Assembly (NCBI GenBank): GCA_963721455.1
Contig: CAVRJG010000063.1
Location: 1-32,453, forward strand
Source: an uncultured Methanosarcinaceae archaeon
Lineage (GTDB): Archaea; Halobacteriota; Methanosarcinia; Methanosarcinales; Methanosarcinaceae
Direction of reading: 5' to 3'
DNA: 32,453 nucleotides
Shown: positions 19,896 through 29,145 of the stretch, in pieces
Position numbering within the stretch: the first letter of the stretch is position 1
Layout: every line of letters starts with the position of its first letter
Made by a program: the position numbers and the translations under genes
The notes under the pieces: model-generated
What the model was told of the DNA's origin: nothing
The model's database searches: none
Seen by the model: only the letters and a program-made list of their open reading frames with translations

Positions 19896-20249
19896 GCCAT
19901 ATTATTGGCGATTATAATTACAGCAATTCTAGCTTTATTTAAGTCTAACTTTCTTTGAGTTCTAGCTTTCTTTATGCGAACTCCAAATTTTAAAATAGTA
20001 TCGATTTATAGTTGGAATCTATCAAACTTGTAATAAATGACAGCAATGTTTTTAAGGTAAAATGTTGCTGTTCAGTTACGTTCAACATACCAATAATTAA
20101 AATGATATTATTACTATAAAATATAATGAAAAAAAATAAGTAGTTATAATACTGGAAAATTAATCATGAAAACATCAATCGTAAAATGATGGACAGCCGG
20201 CTTATTAAGATGAAAAATAATTAAATTTTTGAGATACTAGACTATATTC

Positions 20250-20398
20250 GGTTCTGGTCCAAAAATAATATTTCCGCAGTTTGAGACTATAATTCTTACC
20301 TTTGTGTATTATTTTTCCCTAATGAAAATGATTAACTTTCCTAATTGTGAAGGTTTTCACTGATTTTGTAACAAAGTCAGATTTTTTGCACCAGAACC
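20250..20398. mobile_element. IS6-like MITE
   Basis: GGTTCTGGTCCAAAAA ... TTTTTGCACCAGAACC. Confidence 0.8.
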
Positions 20399-20419
20399 AT
20401 TTCGTTTAAGGTACAGGCT

Positions 20420-21913
20420 ATGGATGAAACTACATCAGGCGCGACAGAAAATATATCTCAAAATAACAAGAAGGAAAGCTTTGCATTCGATGTGCTGACA
20501 CTTGCAGGCGGGACGACCTTTGCTCAAATCCTTACAATTCTATCTGCTCCTGTGTTGACACGCCTATACGGGCCTGAAGATTTTGGAGTGTGGGCTCTGT
20601 ACATTTCTATCACCAGCATTATCAGTGTCATTGCCTGCATGAGGTACGAATATTCCATAATGCTGCCTGAATCGGATGAAGAGGCTGTAAACCTGTTAGG
20701 ACTGAGTTTTCTGGCAGTGCTGTTTGTAAGTGGTTTAACCTTTCCAATCACATGGTATTTTAAAGAACCCATAGTTAATATTATGAATTCTCAGCAGATA
20801 GGAGACTATCTCTGGCTCGTGCCTCCATTTATTTTTGTAAATGGGTTATTTCTTGCACTGAATAACTGGAATTCAAGAACAAAACTTTTCAAAAGGCTTT
20901 CCCTTTCAAGAGTCTTCAGTTCGGTCTCGGTTACTGCAACGCAGATAGGTTTCGGGCTTGCAGAAAAAGTCGGTGCAGGCGGATTAGTAGCTGGAAGTCT
21001 TGCCGGACAGTCTATTGCAACATTTGTGCTTGGAGGGCAGATCTGGAGAGATGATAGGAAGCTGATTATGAAAAGCCTGCACTGGAAGAAAATCTATGAG
21101 GGGTTTAAGAAGTACCGCAAGTTTTCGCTTATAGATACCTGGTCTGCCCTTATGAACTCAGTCTCCTGGCAGCTTCCTGCCTTTCTTCTTGCGGCTTTCT
21201 TCACACCTGCAGTAGTAGGTTTTTACTCCCTTGGCTTTCGCCTTTTACAGCTTCCAATGAGTTTCATTGGTAGATCAATCTCACAGGTATTCTTTCAGAG
21301 AGCATCAAGAGCCTTATCCGAAGGTACCCTCCCTTCCCTTGTTGAAAACGTTTTCAAAATACTTGTGATCATAGGCATGTTTCCGATACTGATCTTGACA
21401 ATTGTCGGCAGTGACGTCTTTACAGTTGTTTTCGGAAAAGCCTGGGCAGAAGCAGGTGTTTACGCCCAGATCCTGAGTCTGTGGGCTTTTGTATGGTTTA
21501 TCTCATCCCCATTAACCACGATATACGTAGTAGTCGAAAAGCCTCACTTCGGCTTTCACTACAATTTTTTCAACCTGGCCACCCGGCTTCTTTCACTTGT
21601 TATCGGCGGCCTGCTTGGAAGCGCACGTCTGGCATTGATCCTTTTCTCGATATCAGGAATTCTGGTATACGGTTACCTGTGCCTGAAGATGATGTCCTAT
21701 TCCGGAGTAAAAGCTTCAACAGCCCTGAAAATAGTATTCTCCAATTTTATCCTCTTCGTCCCTGCAGGAATTGTCCTTGTTGCCCTCAAAACCGCAGAAA
21801 TAAACCAGACTCTTCTTGTTATCTTTTCAGGCGTGATTATCGGCATTTATTACCTGTATATTTTAAAAACCGATGTACAACTAAAAAAGATAATGAGCGA
21901 ATTCCGAGCCTGA
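20420..21913 (+). CDS. Oligosaccharide flippase (Wzx/MOP superfamily)
   Basis: PVLTRLYGPEDFG, VGFYSLGFRL..P, many TM helices. Confidence 0.92.
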   Translation: MDETTSGATENISQNNKKESFAFDVLTLAGGTTFAQILTILSAPVLTRLYGPEDFGVWALYISITSIISVIACMRYEYSIMLPESDEEAVNLLGLSFLAVLFVSGLTFPITWYFKEPIVNIMNSQQIGDYLWLVPPFIFVNGLFLALNNWNSRTKLFKRLSLSRVFSSVSVTATQIGFGLAEKVGAGGLVAGSLAGQSIATFVLGGQIWRDDRKLIMKSLHWKKIYEGFKKYRKFSLIDTWSALMNSVSWQLPAFLLAAFFTPAVVGFYSLGFRLLQLPMSFIGRSISQVFFQRASRALSEGTLPSLVENVFKILVIIGMFPILILTIVGSDVFTVVFGKAWAEAGVYAQILSLWAFVWFISSPLTTIYVVVEKPHFGFHYNFFNLATRLLSLVIGGLLGSARLALILFSISGILVYGYLCLKMMSYSGVKASTALKIVFSNFILFVPAGIVLVALKTAEINQTLLVIFSGVIIGIYYLYILKTDVQLKKIMSEFRA

Positions 21914-22078
21914 TGAATTGATTCAAAAAATTAGTTCGTGAAAGAGCCTATTTTCCAACAAGAAGGGGAAATTACGGTGAACTAAAAATTGTTCAACAGT
22001 TGATAAACAATCTTCTTGATGCCATGAACTTTTCGGAACCTTGCCAAGCACTCAAGAGTGCAGTAAACCGCTTTTTCG

Positions 22079-22219
22079 GGTTCTGGTGCAAAAAAATATC
22101 TCTGCATTTTGATATTATAATTTTCACCGGTGTGTGTCATTTTCTCCCGAATGAAAATAACACATAAAGATAAGAATTATAGTCTCAAATTGCAGAAATA
22201 CTATTTTTGCACCAGAGCC
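22079..22219. mobile_element. IS6-like MITE, inverted relative to 20250-20398
   Basis: GGTTCTGGTGCAAAAA ... TTTTTGCACCAGAGCC; revcomp shares TTTGAGACTATAATTCTTA. Confidence 0.8.
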
Positions 22220-22601
22220 CTCCTAAAGCCTATATTGTTCCTAGGATCAAGATTTCCTTTTGAGGAAAGGTACTTTCAAAGAGTTTAAACTAAATAATCT
22301 ATTTATAAAGTGTTATAAAGTGTTATTGAGTTTTTTTATTGAATCAGAATCCTAATTAAATTTATTTTTAAGTTATATTTTATTATTTTTTTCGCCTTTC
22401 AAAAAGTAAGTTTATATTTAAACTTATTAAATTTAGTATCGTCAATTAGCAGATAGCCAACCCGATAATTTTACAAAATAGAATTTGCGCAGTTGAACTA
22501 AGTTCATAGTGCTTTATCGTGAAAGGATGTGAATCGACAAACGAACACCCCTTAATACCTTCAAATTGTGTTAATTTTAAAAAGAAAAAGGAGTGAAGTG
22601 A

Positions 22602-22837
22602 ATGTTGAAACAATCATTTAGTCGAACAAAAAAGTACTGACTACTTTGCTAGTTGTCTTTGTTGTAGTATCTTTAACAGTTGGAGCAGCAAGTGCATGCG
22701 GTTCGCATGGACATCATGAATATAAACACATGAATGGACATAAGTACATCAGCAACAGTTGTAATAGCGATACCTGTCATAGCTGCAGTGGCGCTACCTG
22801 TAACAGCTGCAAAAACTGCAAAACTTGCGGTTGTTGA
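22602..22837 (+). CDS. Small secreted Cys/His-rich peptide, split by a -1 frameshift at 22628-22634
   Basis: AGGAGTGA then ATG 22602; MLKQSFSRTK(K)/VLTTLLVVFVVVSLTVGAASA then CGSHGHH...CNSCKNCKTCGC. Confidence 0.7.
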
Positions 22838-23194
22838 TTATTGACAAGTCAAATCATATACTAAACTATGCAGATACACAAAAATAACAGTTTAAGTAGA
22901 GAAAATATTGTGTATTCTATTACGCAAAACACTGGTATACATTGCATGGCAAACACCATGAGGCTATTTGTTTCAATGTATATCTGTTTTATTCCAAGTT
23001 CGCTGTTCTGGAATTTCTATTGTTGCATCATCAGCTAGTTAATTTTAGGACTATCAAACTGCAGGAGCCGCTCAGTTCCAAAATCTAGTGATTTTCAATT
23101 TTATATTTATCACCAAATTTTGGCATTGTGTCATAAGTATAGCGTATTTATATTAAAGTAAAACCGTAAAAGAACTTTATAGTGGAGAAAAAGT

Positions 23195-23602
23195 ATGAAA
23201 ATTAGAGTAGTCAGTTCCAGAGAGGAAATCTTTACTCTTAATTCTAATGAGCGTATTGTTCACCTGGCTTTCAGACCTTCGAACAAGGACATTCTCGGAC
23301 TGGTTGAAACCTGCCCGAAAATTGAGGTAATTCAGCTGCCTAAATCCTACAGGCGCACGGTTTCAAAATCCATAGAAATGTTCCTTAAAATGCAGCGTAT
23401 CCAGCTCGTCGAAGGAGATGTCTGGGGTCACAGGAAGGATATTAATGAATATTATACAGTTCCATCCTCAGTGATTGAAAAAATAAGGGAAATGAAACTT
23501 GAAGGTAAATCCACTGAAGATATTGAAGCAAAGGTTTCAAGAGAAAGCAAGATTGACCCTGAAATGGTCGCTTACATCATAAACAAGGGAGCTCCCGCCT
23601 GA
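23195..23602 (+). CDS. DUF1699-family protein
   Basis: MKIRVVSSREEI..VHLAFRPSNKD..EGDVWGHRKDINEYY. Confidence 0.92.
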   Translation: MKIRVVSSREEIFTLNSNERIVHLAFRPSNKDILGLVETCPKIEVIQLPKSYRRTVSKSIEMFLKMQRIQLVEGDVWGHRKDINEYYTVPSSVIEKIREMKLEGKSTEDIEAKVSRESKIDPEMVAYIINKGAPA

Positions 23603-23642
23603 ATTCGAGCAGAATAAGATATGTCAGTAGGCAGATACTTTA

Positions 23643-23696
23643 CTGGAGATTAGAACGTACAGAAATGGGTTGCATCTTTCGTGATCTAATCTCCAG
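23643..23696 (+). terminator. Stem-loop downstream of DUF1699
   Basis: CTGGAGATTAGA / TCTAATCTCCAG perfect 12-bp arms; function inferred. Confidence 0.4.
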
Positions 23697-23715
23697 CTTA
23701 ATTATTCTATTATCA

Positions 23716-23871
23716 GGCTGTCTCAAAACTACATTTGATTCTACAATTGGGATAAAATATATTACTATAAGGTTAATTTGTACCTGAATCTCGGAATAAT
23801 TTCCTATCTATATTTAAAGTCAACGATGCCCATTATCCAATTGTAGAAATGAGTTGAGTTTTGAGACCGCT
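23716..23871. mobile_element. MITE (IS5/IS1182-like ends)
   Basis: GGCTGTCTCAAAACT ... AGTTTTGAGACCGCT plus inner IR TTCTACAATTGG/CCAATTGTAGAA. Confidence 0.75.
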
Positions 23872-23961
23872 TGTTATGTGATATTTCACAACAAGTGTCC
23901 CTAAATATTAGATATGTCGGCCTCATATTCAGGAAGTGGATATGAATAACCTATTCGCAAA

Positions 23962-24061
23962 GGTTCCGTTGCAAAAAATCTGGCTTTTTCACAAAATCAT
24001 TAAAAACCACCACAATTCGGAAAGTTAATCATTTTCATTCGAGTGAAAATGACACAGAACC
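23962..24061. mobile_element. IS6-like MITE, partial
   Basis: Matches revcomp of 20321-20398 (GGAAAGTTAATCATTTTCATT). Confidence 0.75.
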
Positions 24062-24109
24062 TGGGTTAGTGAGTAGGAATAATTTAACCTTAATTTTGGA
24101 GGAAATAGC

Positions 24110-24469
24110 ATGATGGAACTTATGAAAGGTTTGCCAGACAATGTTCTGGGTATTGTTGGTAGTGGAACGATAACAGGAGAAGACTACGACACTGTACTAA
24201 TTCCTGCAATGAAAGACAAACTGCAAAAGTACAAGAAGATTCGCATACTTTATCAATTGAACAATGATTTTGTACATTATGAGCTCGGTGCTTATCTAGA
24301 AGATGCAAAGGTATCGTGGCATACACTTTCATTTGAGAAAGTTGCGGTTGTTTCTGATGTTCATTGGATAAATGATTCTGTCAATGTATTTAAATTCATT
24401 ATTCCTGTCCAAGTGAAAGTTTTCAGTAATAATGAATTTGATAAAGCAAAGACTTGGATCAGTGAATAA
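24110..24469 (+). CDS. SpoIIAA-like (STAS/SEC14) protein
   Basis: GTITGEDY..P, FEKVAVVSD..W, VKVF..AKTWI; GGAGG upstream. Confidence 0.9.
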   Translation: MMELMKGLPDNVLGIVGSGTITGEDYDTVLIPAMKDKLQKYKKIRILYQLNNDFVHYELGAYLEDAKVSWHTLSFEKVAVVSDVHWINDSVNVFKFIIPVQVKVFSNNEFDKAKTWISE

Positions 24470-24573
24470 TATTCTTTATGCCAATAGGCGTGGTTAGGTG
24501 CGTGGAAATAAGGGATAAACGTACCGCTCCAGCCTTCCACATGTCCCAAAGCTTGACCGTATGTACTCGTCTC

Positions 24574-24786
24574 GGTTCCGTTGCAAAAACAATATTTCCG
24601 CATTTGGTGGCTCTTCGCTGTTTTGTATGGGTTGAAAATAATTGCTTAGTTAGACAGTTGTCCGGCCAAAATGAAAAACATCGAGCTTGACTGTGATTTT
24701 CAACAACAAACGTTTCTAAATTTTATGCAAGCTACTTCCATAGTTAGAAATGGATGTAAATTACCAACTCGAAACAGCGAAGAGCC
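24574..24786. mobile_element. IS6-like MITE end (24574-24608) followed by a second MITE (24609-24786)
   Basis: GGTTCCGTTGCAAAAACAATATTTCCGCA; perfect 15-bp IR GGCTCTTCGCTGTTT/AAACAGCGAAGAGCC. Confidence 0.8.
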
Positions 24787-24935
24787 AAAATATGAGCATT
24801 AATATGTGTAATAAGTTGCGTTGGAAACTATAGTCAGTTGGAAGTTAAGTAAAATAACCAGGTATCGGTACCAGTCCAAAAAAATCAGGTTAGTAAAGCC
24901 TTGACTCAAGCGGTTGAACTGAGAAGTTAAATGCA

Positions 24936-25586
24936 TTAAATCCTGGATTTAAGAGTGGAGGTCGCAACAACTATAAAATATTTTTTTAATTTCTTCCCCT
25001 CAGTTTCCCATTTAATTAACGAAAACCCGCACTTTTCAAGCAATTCTTGCATTTCTTTTTGGGAATAAATCCTTACATCACCGCTCTTGCTGAACTTCAT
25101 TAATATATTTGCAAAAAATCTAAATAGTTCATTAGAAGTAAATGGATCTGCTATCATAAGAATCCCACCTGACCTCAAAACGCGTTTCATTTCCTTCAAA
25201 ACAAGCTCAGGACTGGGATAATGATGAAAAGAAGCACTACAGGTAATAACATCAAAGAACCTGTCGTTCCAAGGCAAATGCTCAGAGTCCCCAACTTTTA
25301 GATCTGCACGATCATCCAGCAATTCTTTGCTTTTTTCTATCATGCCGGGTGATATATCAATCCCGGATACTTCCACATCGAATTTATTTATTACAATTGA
25401 CAAAAATGTACCGTTCCCACATCCCACATCCATTAAAGTCTTGAAGTTTTTGCCCTCCAATTCTTTCATCAATGAATAATGCATAGGCTCAGTATATTTG
25501 CCTGTGAATGTGCTGGAATAATCCGAAGACATTTCATCAAAATGTTTTTTTGATTTCTCTTTATACTCTTGAGGATTGTGCTTCAT
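24936..25586 (-). CDS. Class I SAM-dependent methyltransferase (UbiE-like)
   Basis: MDVGCGNG, GIDIS, GDSEHLP..FDVI, FHHYP, EMKRVLRSGG. Confidence 0.93.
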   Translation of the reverse strand: MKHNPQEYKEKSKKHFDEMSSDYSSTFTGKYTEPMHYSLMKELEGKNFKTLMDVGCGNGTFLSIVINKFDVEVSGIDISPGMIEKSKELLDDRADLKVGDSEHLPWNDRFFDVITCSASFHHYPSPELVLKEMKRVLRSGGILMIADPFTSNELFRFFANILMKFSKSGDVRIYSQKEMQELLEKCGFSLIKWETEGKKLKKYFIVVATSTLKSRI

Positions 25587-25859
25587 GATTCTGCCTTCTT
25601 TAGTTGAGCCTTTTATTGAGCGTATCCGGAGATCATTAGAATACCGACTTGTGTATTTATTAACTTCTATGACATAATAATATTATCTCTTTGCTGTTTG
25701 CACCAGAACTAGATTTTTTGCGCCACAACCCTCCTTTTTGTATACTGTTTACTCTTATTGGTTAATTCTCTTTTTGTCCTAGGAAATAGCCATGAGAAAT
25801 GCAAGTTTTCTTACTTACATTTTTGTTTACTCAACTATACCACATTTTATAGGAATACG

Positions 25860-25952
25860 GGCTTTTCTGCCGATGACATAAGACGGTAATCGGTCATAAT
25901 TTCCGTATTCCCATATGATGCAGAACAACTGAGTTTAGAAAAGCATAGTATG
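25860..25952 (+). repeat. Dispersed ~90-nt element, copy 2 (candidate structured RNA)
   Basis: Homologous to revcomp 17642-17732; closing stem GCTTTTCT/AGAAAAGC. Confidence 0.7.
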
Positions 25953-26123
25953 GGGAATATCTGAAATATCAAACAGTTACGGATATCAGAAAAATTAAAC
26001 AGTTTGTAACAAAATAATCATAATAATATATTAAAGATTTCCAAAATGTAATATAGATCGATTAATAATGCATCAGAAGTTCCGAATTAAAAACGGCGAT
26101 TGAGCTTGTGGAGATTTTTATAA

Positions 26124-26660
26124 ATGGCACTTCATCCGACTGATTATTTTAGGAAGGAAAGGGTTTTTGTTGATCGCGAAACTTGTATTGATAATTTTAA
26201 AAAATTCATTCAAAACCCCAATAATCAAGATTATAATGCTCTATTTTACTATGGTATAGCAGGCATTGGTAAAAGCGAGTTGCAACATGAGTTGCAATAT
26301 ATATTGAACACGGAATACCCTGAAATGCTTTGGGTATCTATGGATTTGGAAAACGATACCCACAGAAATGTGAGTACTTTTTTAATAGCACTAAGGAACA
26401 AAATTCAGAAAAAACGCAATGTGAGATTTTATAAATTTAACTTGGCTCATGCCATATTCTCGAAAAAAAGTCGGCCTGATATCCCGTTAAATAAAGAGAC
26501 ATATCCAATGCTTAAAGAAGATGGATTTTTTTACGATATACTAAATGCTCTTAATGAAACCGTATTTGGATCTTTTATATCAATACCTATAAAAAGGATA
26601 GTTGATATTATAAACCATGCTCCTGGAAACGTCAGAAGACATTTTGGAGAGCTGCCTATA
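26124..26660 (+). pseudogene. STAND-like P-loop ATPase, N-terminal part truncated by IS630-B
   Basis: FVDRE and Walker A YGIAGIGKS; ORF runs into the IS end at 26661; no continuation after 28069. Confidence 0.8.
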
Positions 26661-28069
26661 TATAGTCACCATTTTAAATAATGCGACATTTTGTGTGTAA
26701 ATATATGTCTCTTCCAAAACTCATCCAGTTCTTCTTTCAATATTCTAATATTTTTGAATGATTTTATTGACGTTAAGTCTTCTCTTGTCGCTTTCCAACA
26801 GTATTCTGTTGGGTTCCTATCTGGAGTAGCTGGAGGGAAAAAAATAGTATTTTCAACCAATGCATGTTATTTTGATAAAATTCCTTTGCTTTTGTGGATC
26901 TATGCCATGTAGCTCTGACATAGTTCATTGATATACCGAAAACTTCAAGCTGATAGCATCGATTTTGTACCGATACTGATACAGTCCTGATCAGATGACT
27001 CAAGTTCGAACGGTTAAAAAATGCTTCTTTTATTTTCTGCAGGTACTTTATCAGCAGATTTTATGACTTTAAACAAAGTCGACTCGAAGAAATATACATG
27101 TCTCATATGAAATCTTGATACAAAAGATGGATTCTCTGACCTCTTCTGTATTCGTTCCTGCAATATGAACGATTAACTTTATGCCTCTTAACAATCTTTA
27201 TGATACATCCTGTTTGCTTTTGAGGATCTATGCCATGTAGCCCTGTCCAGTAGAAGAAATATCCTTGCCCCTATATCTCTATTAAAATCGAGTAATGATT
27301 TTAAATAAGAGTCTGTATTCTGTGTACTTCCTAAATCGTACCAATAAAACTCTCCATTTTCAGTGTAGAATCCCCCAATATTGATTTTGGCTTTTGAACC
27401 ACCTGTAAATTTAATAGGCTTTGAGCCTTTGATTGCCCAACATCTTGATCTATTTGAATCCACACAAAAACTGCTCTCATCGTGAGTGACGAATAAATGG
27501 TTAGGGTTTAGTAATCTTTTTTTGAACTTCGGCTATAAATTCGTTTGTGAATGCCTCATTCCGCTTTTTTGATCCAGGTCTACATGTAATTTTACTTAAC
27601 CCTAAATTTTTAATAATTTGTCTCATTCTTGATTTGGAATAAGATATTCCGAATTTCTCTCTGACATATTGAACTGCATCCTTTGTTTGCCAACCGCGAT
27701 AATAGCCGTCATCTGTTGGTATTGGCTCTGAAAATGCTTTGCTTAACTCAGATACTTGTTCTGCTGTTAAAAAAGACTTTACTCCTCGACCAGGTTTACA
27801 TTTAAGACTAGACAAACCTTCTTTTTCAGCTCGTTTTACCCATCGGTGAACCGTTGAACGGTGGACTGAAAACTCTTCTGCAATTTTAGCCGGACTCAAA
27901 CCATTTTTAACCAATAATAGGGCTTGAAGTCTCAGCTGCTCATTTTTGTTGCAGGAACGACATATAGCCGTGGCAATATCAGAAGTAGTAAACATTTCCA
28001 AACTCATAACTAAATTAATATAATTAGTACAAATATATAAATGTTGCATTATATGGGGAAGTGACTATA
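26661..28069 (-). mobile_element. IS630 type B, both ends present, orfB interrupted
   Basis: TATAGTCAC ... GTGACTATA; orfA 27501-28007 (HTH, KPGRG) with A AAA AAG -1 site. Confidence 0.9.
26915..27212 (-). pseudogene. Heavily corrupted internal IS256 fragment
   Basis: Revcomp aligns by eye to ~7000-7310 (GTTAAGAGG..AAGTTAATCGTT, GTCAGAGAATCC, ATAAAAGAAGCATT, AATGAACTAT). Confidence 0.75.
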
Positions 28070-28101
28070 GTATTGATTAGGACTATTAAAAATGTTTTAA
28101 T

Positions 28102-28189
28102 AGTCCCCTTAGAAAACCTAACTTTTTCCAATCAGAATAAGAAATATTAAGATTTTTTTGCCTAATTTCTTGAGAATCAACCCTCTAAA
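28102..28189 (+). repeat. MITE-like repeat, copy 1
   Basis: Direct similarity to 28936-29024 (AGTCCCCTTA..TTTTTCCAATCAGAATAA..GAATCAA..CTCTAAA). Confidence 0.75.
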
Positions 28190-28356
28190 TCCCCAAATCC
28201 AGGGAAAACAAAATCCAGTTTTTTGTCTTCTCTGTCAGGCAACGAGCTAATTCTCAGTCTAATATATAACGCTAAATATAATTGAAGCATAATCTAACGT
28301 AAGCACCAGAAATACCATAAACCAGCTAAGCGAAATCAGCAGGTTGATGAAAGCTT

Positions 28357-28851
28357 ATGATAAAATCAGGCGGTTCTTTTTTTTACAAGGGAAAACGCTG
28401 TACTATCGGAGCTGTTATCTCACTCAAAGGATTGCTTTACATGGTCACGGTTTCTCACATATTTCGAGGCGAAGGAGACCATTTAATAGTTGATGGAACG
28501 AAACTCGTTGTTACGAGCATTTTGAAGGATTTTGATTTAGCCCTGATAGAGCTTCCTCCTGACAGCGTGGTTGAAATCACTGAGTTTGGCAGCGCAGCCG
28601 AACTGGAGCAAGCTGTGCTTATTAATGATATTCGTGTTATCCGATGCAGGGTAGTTAATGCCGGAGCTTCATTGCTTTTTCTGGGCTTCCAGTGCAATGA
28701 TATGCCGGAACCGGGGGATAGTGGCTCTCCTATCCTGCAGGTGGGGAAGGTAATAGGGCTTATGTCCTCGGTAACACTGGACACTTGCATGGGAATTGCG
28801 ATCTCATCCAGTATTCTACGCAGCCTGGAAATACAAAGAAAACGAAAATAA
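28357..28851 (+). CDS. Small trypsin-like (PA clan) serine peptidase
   Basis: TVSH, FDLALI, PGDSGSP catalytic triad motifs; no signal peptide. Confidence 0.82.
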   Translation: MIKSGGSFFYKGKRCTIGAVISLKGLLYMVTVSHIFRGEGDHLIVDGTKLVVTSILKDFDLALIELPPDSVVEITEFGSAAELEQAVLINDIRVIRCRVVNAGASLLFLGFQCNDMPEPGDSGSPILQVGKVIGLMSSVTLDTCMGIAISSSILRSLEIQRKRK

Positions 28852-28935
28852 AGATAGAAGACCCCCGGATTCTAAAACATGGCTGTTAAGGGTGAAAGGC
28901 TTATCACTTTTGGCGTTTTGTTTCATGTAACACAA

Positions 28936-29024
28936 AGTCCCCTTATAGAACCCCAGTTTTTTCCAATCAGAATAAAAAATACTCAGGCTCTTTTGCCTTA
29001 TTTCATGGGAATCAATTCTCTAAA
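28936..29024 (+). repeat. MITE-like repeat, copy 2
   Basis: Direct similarity to 28102-28189. Confidence 0.75.
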
Positions 29025-29145
29025 GTAAGATTTTTAGATATTGGTGTGGAAACATTTAAAAAATTGATTAACACCAAAAGATTTGACAGCCTCACCAAAT
29101 AACAAATGCTAAATACAGGTTATTAATTTAAAAAAATGGAGACTA

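Noticed and set aside
24478-24690. Short ORFs 24478-24690 and 24361-24603
   Set aside because: Run across MITE ends; no coding signature
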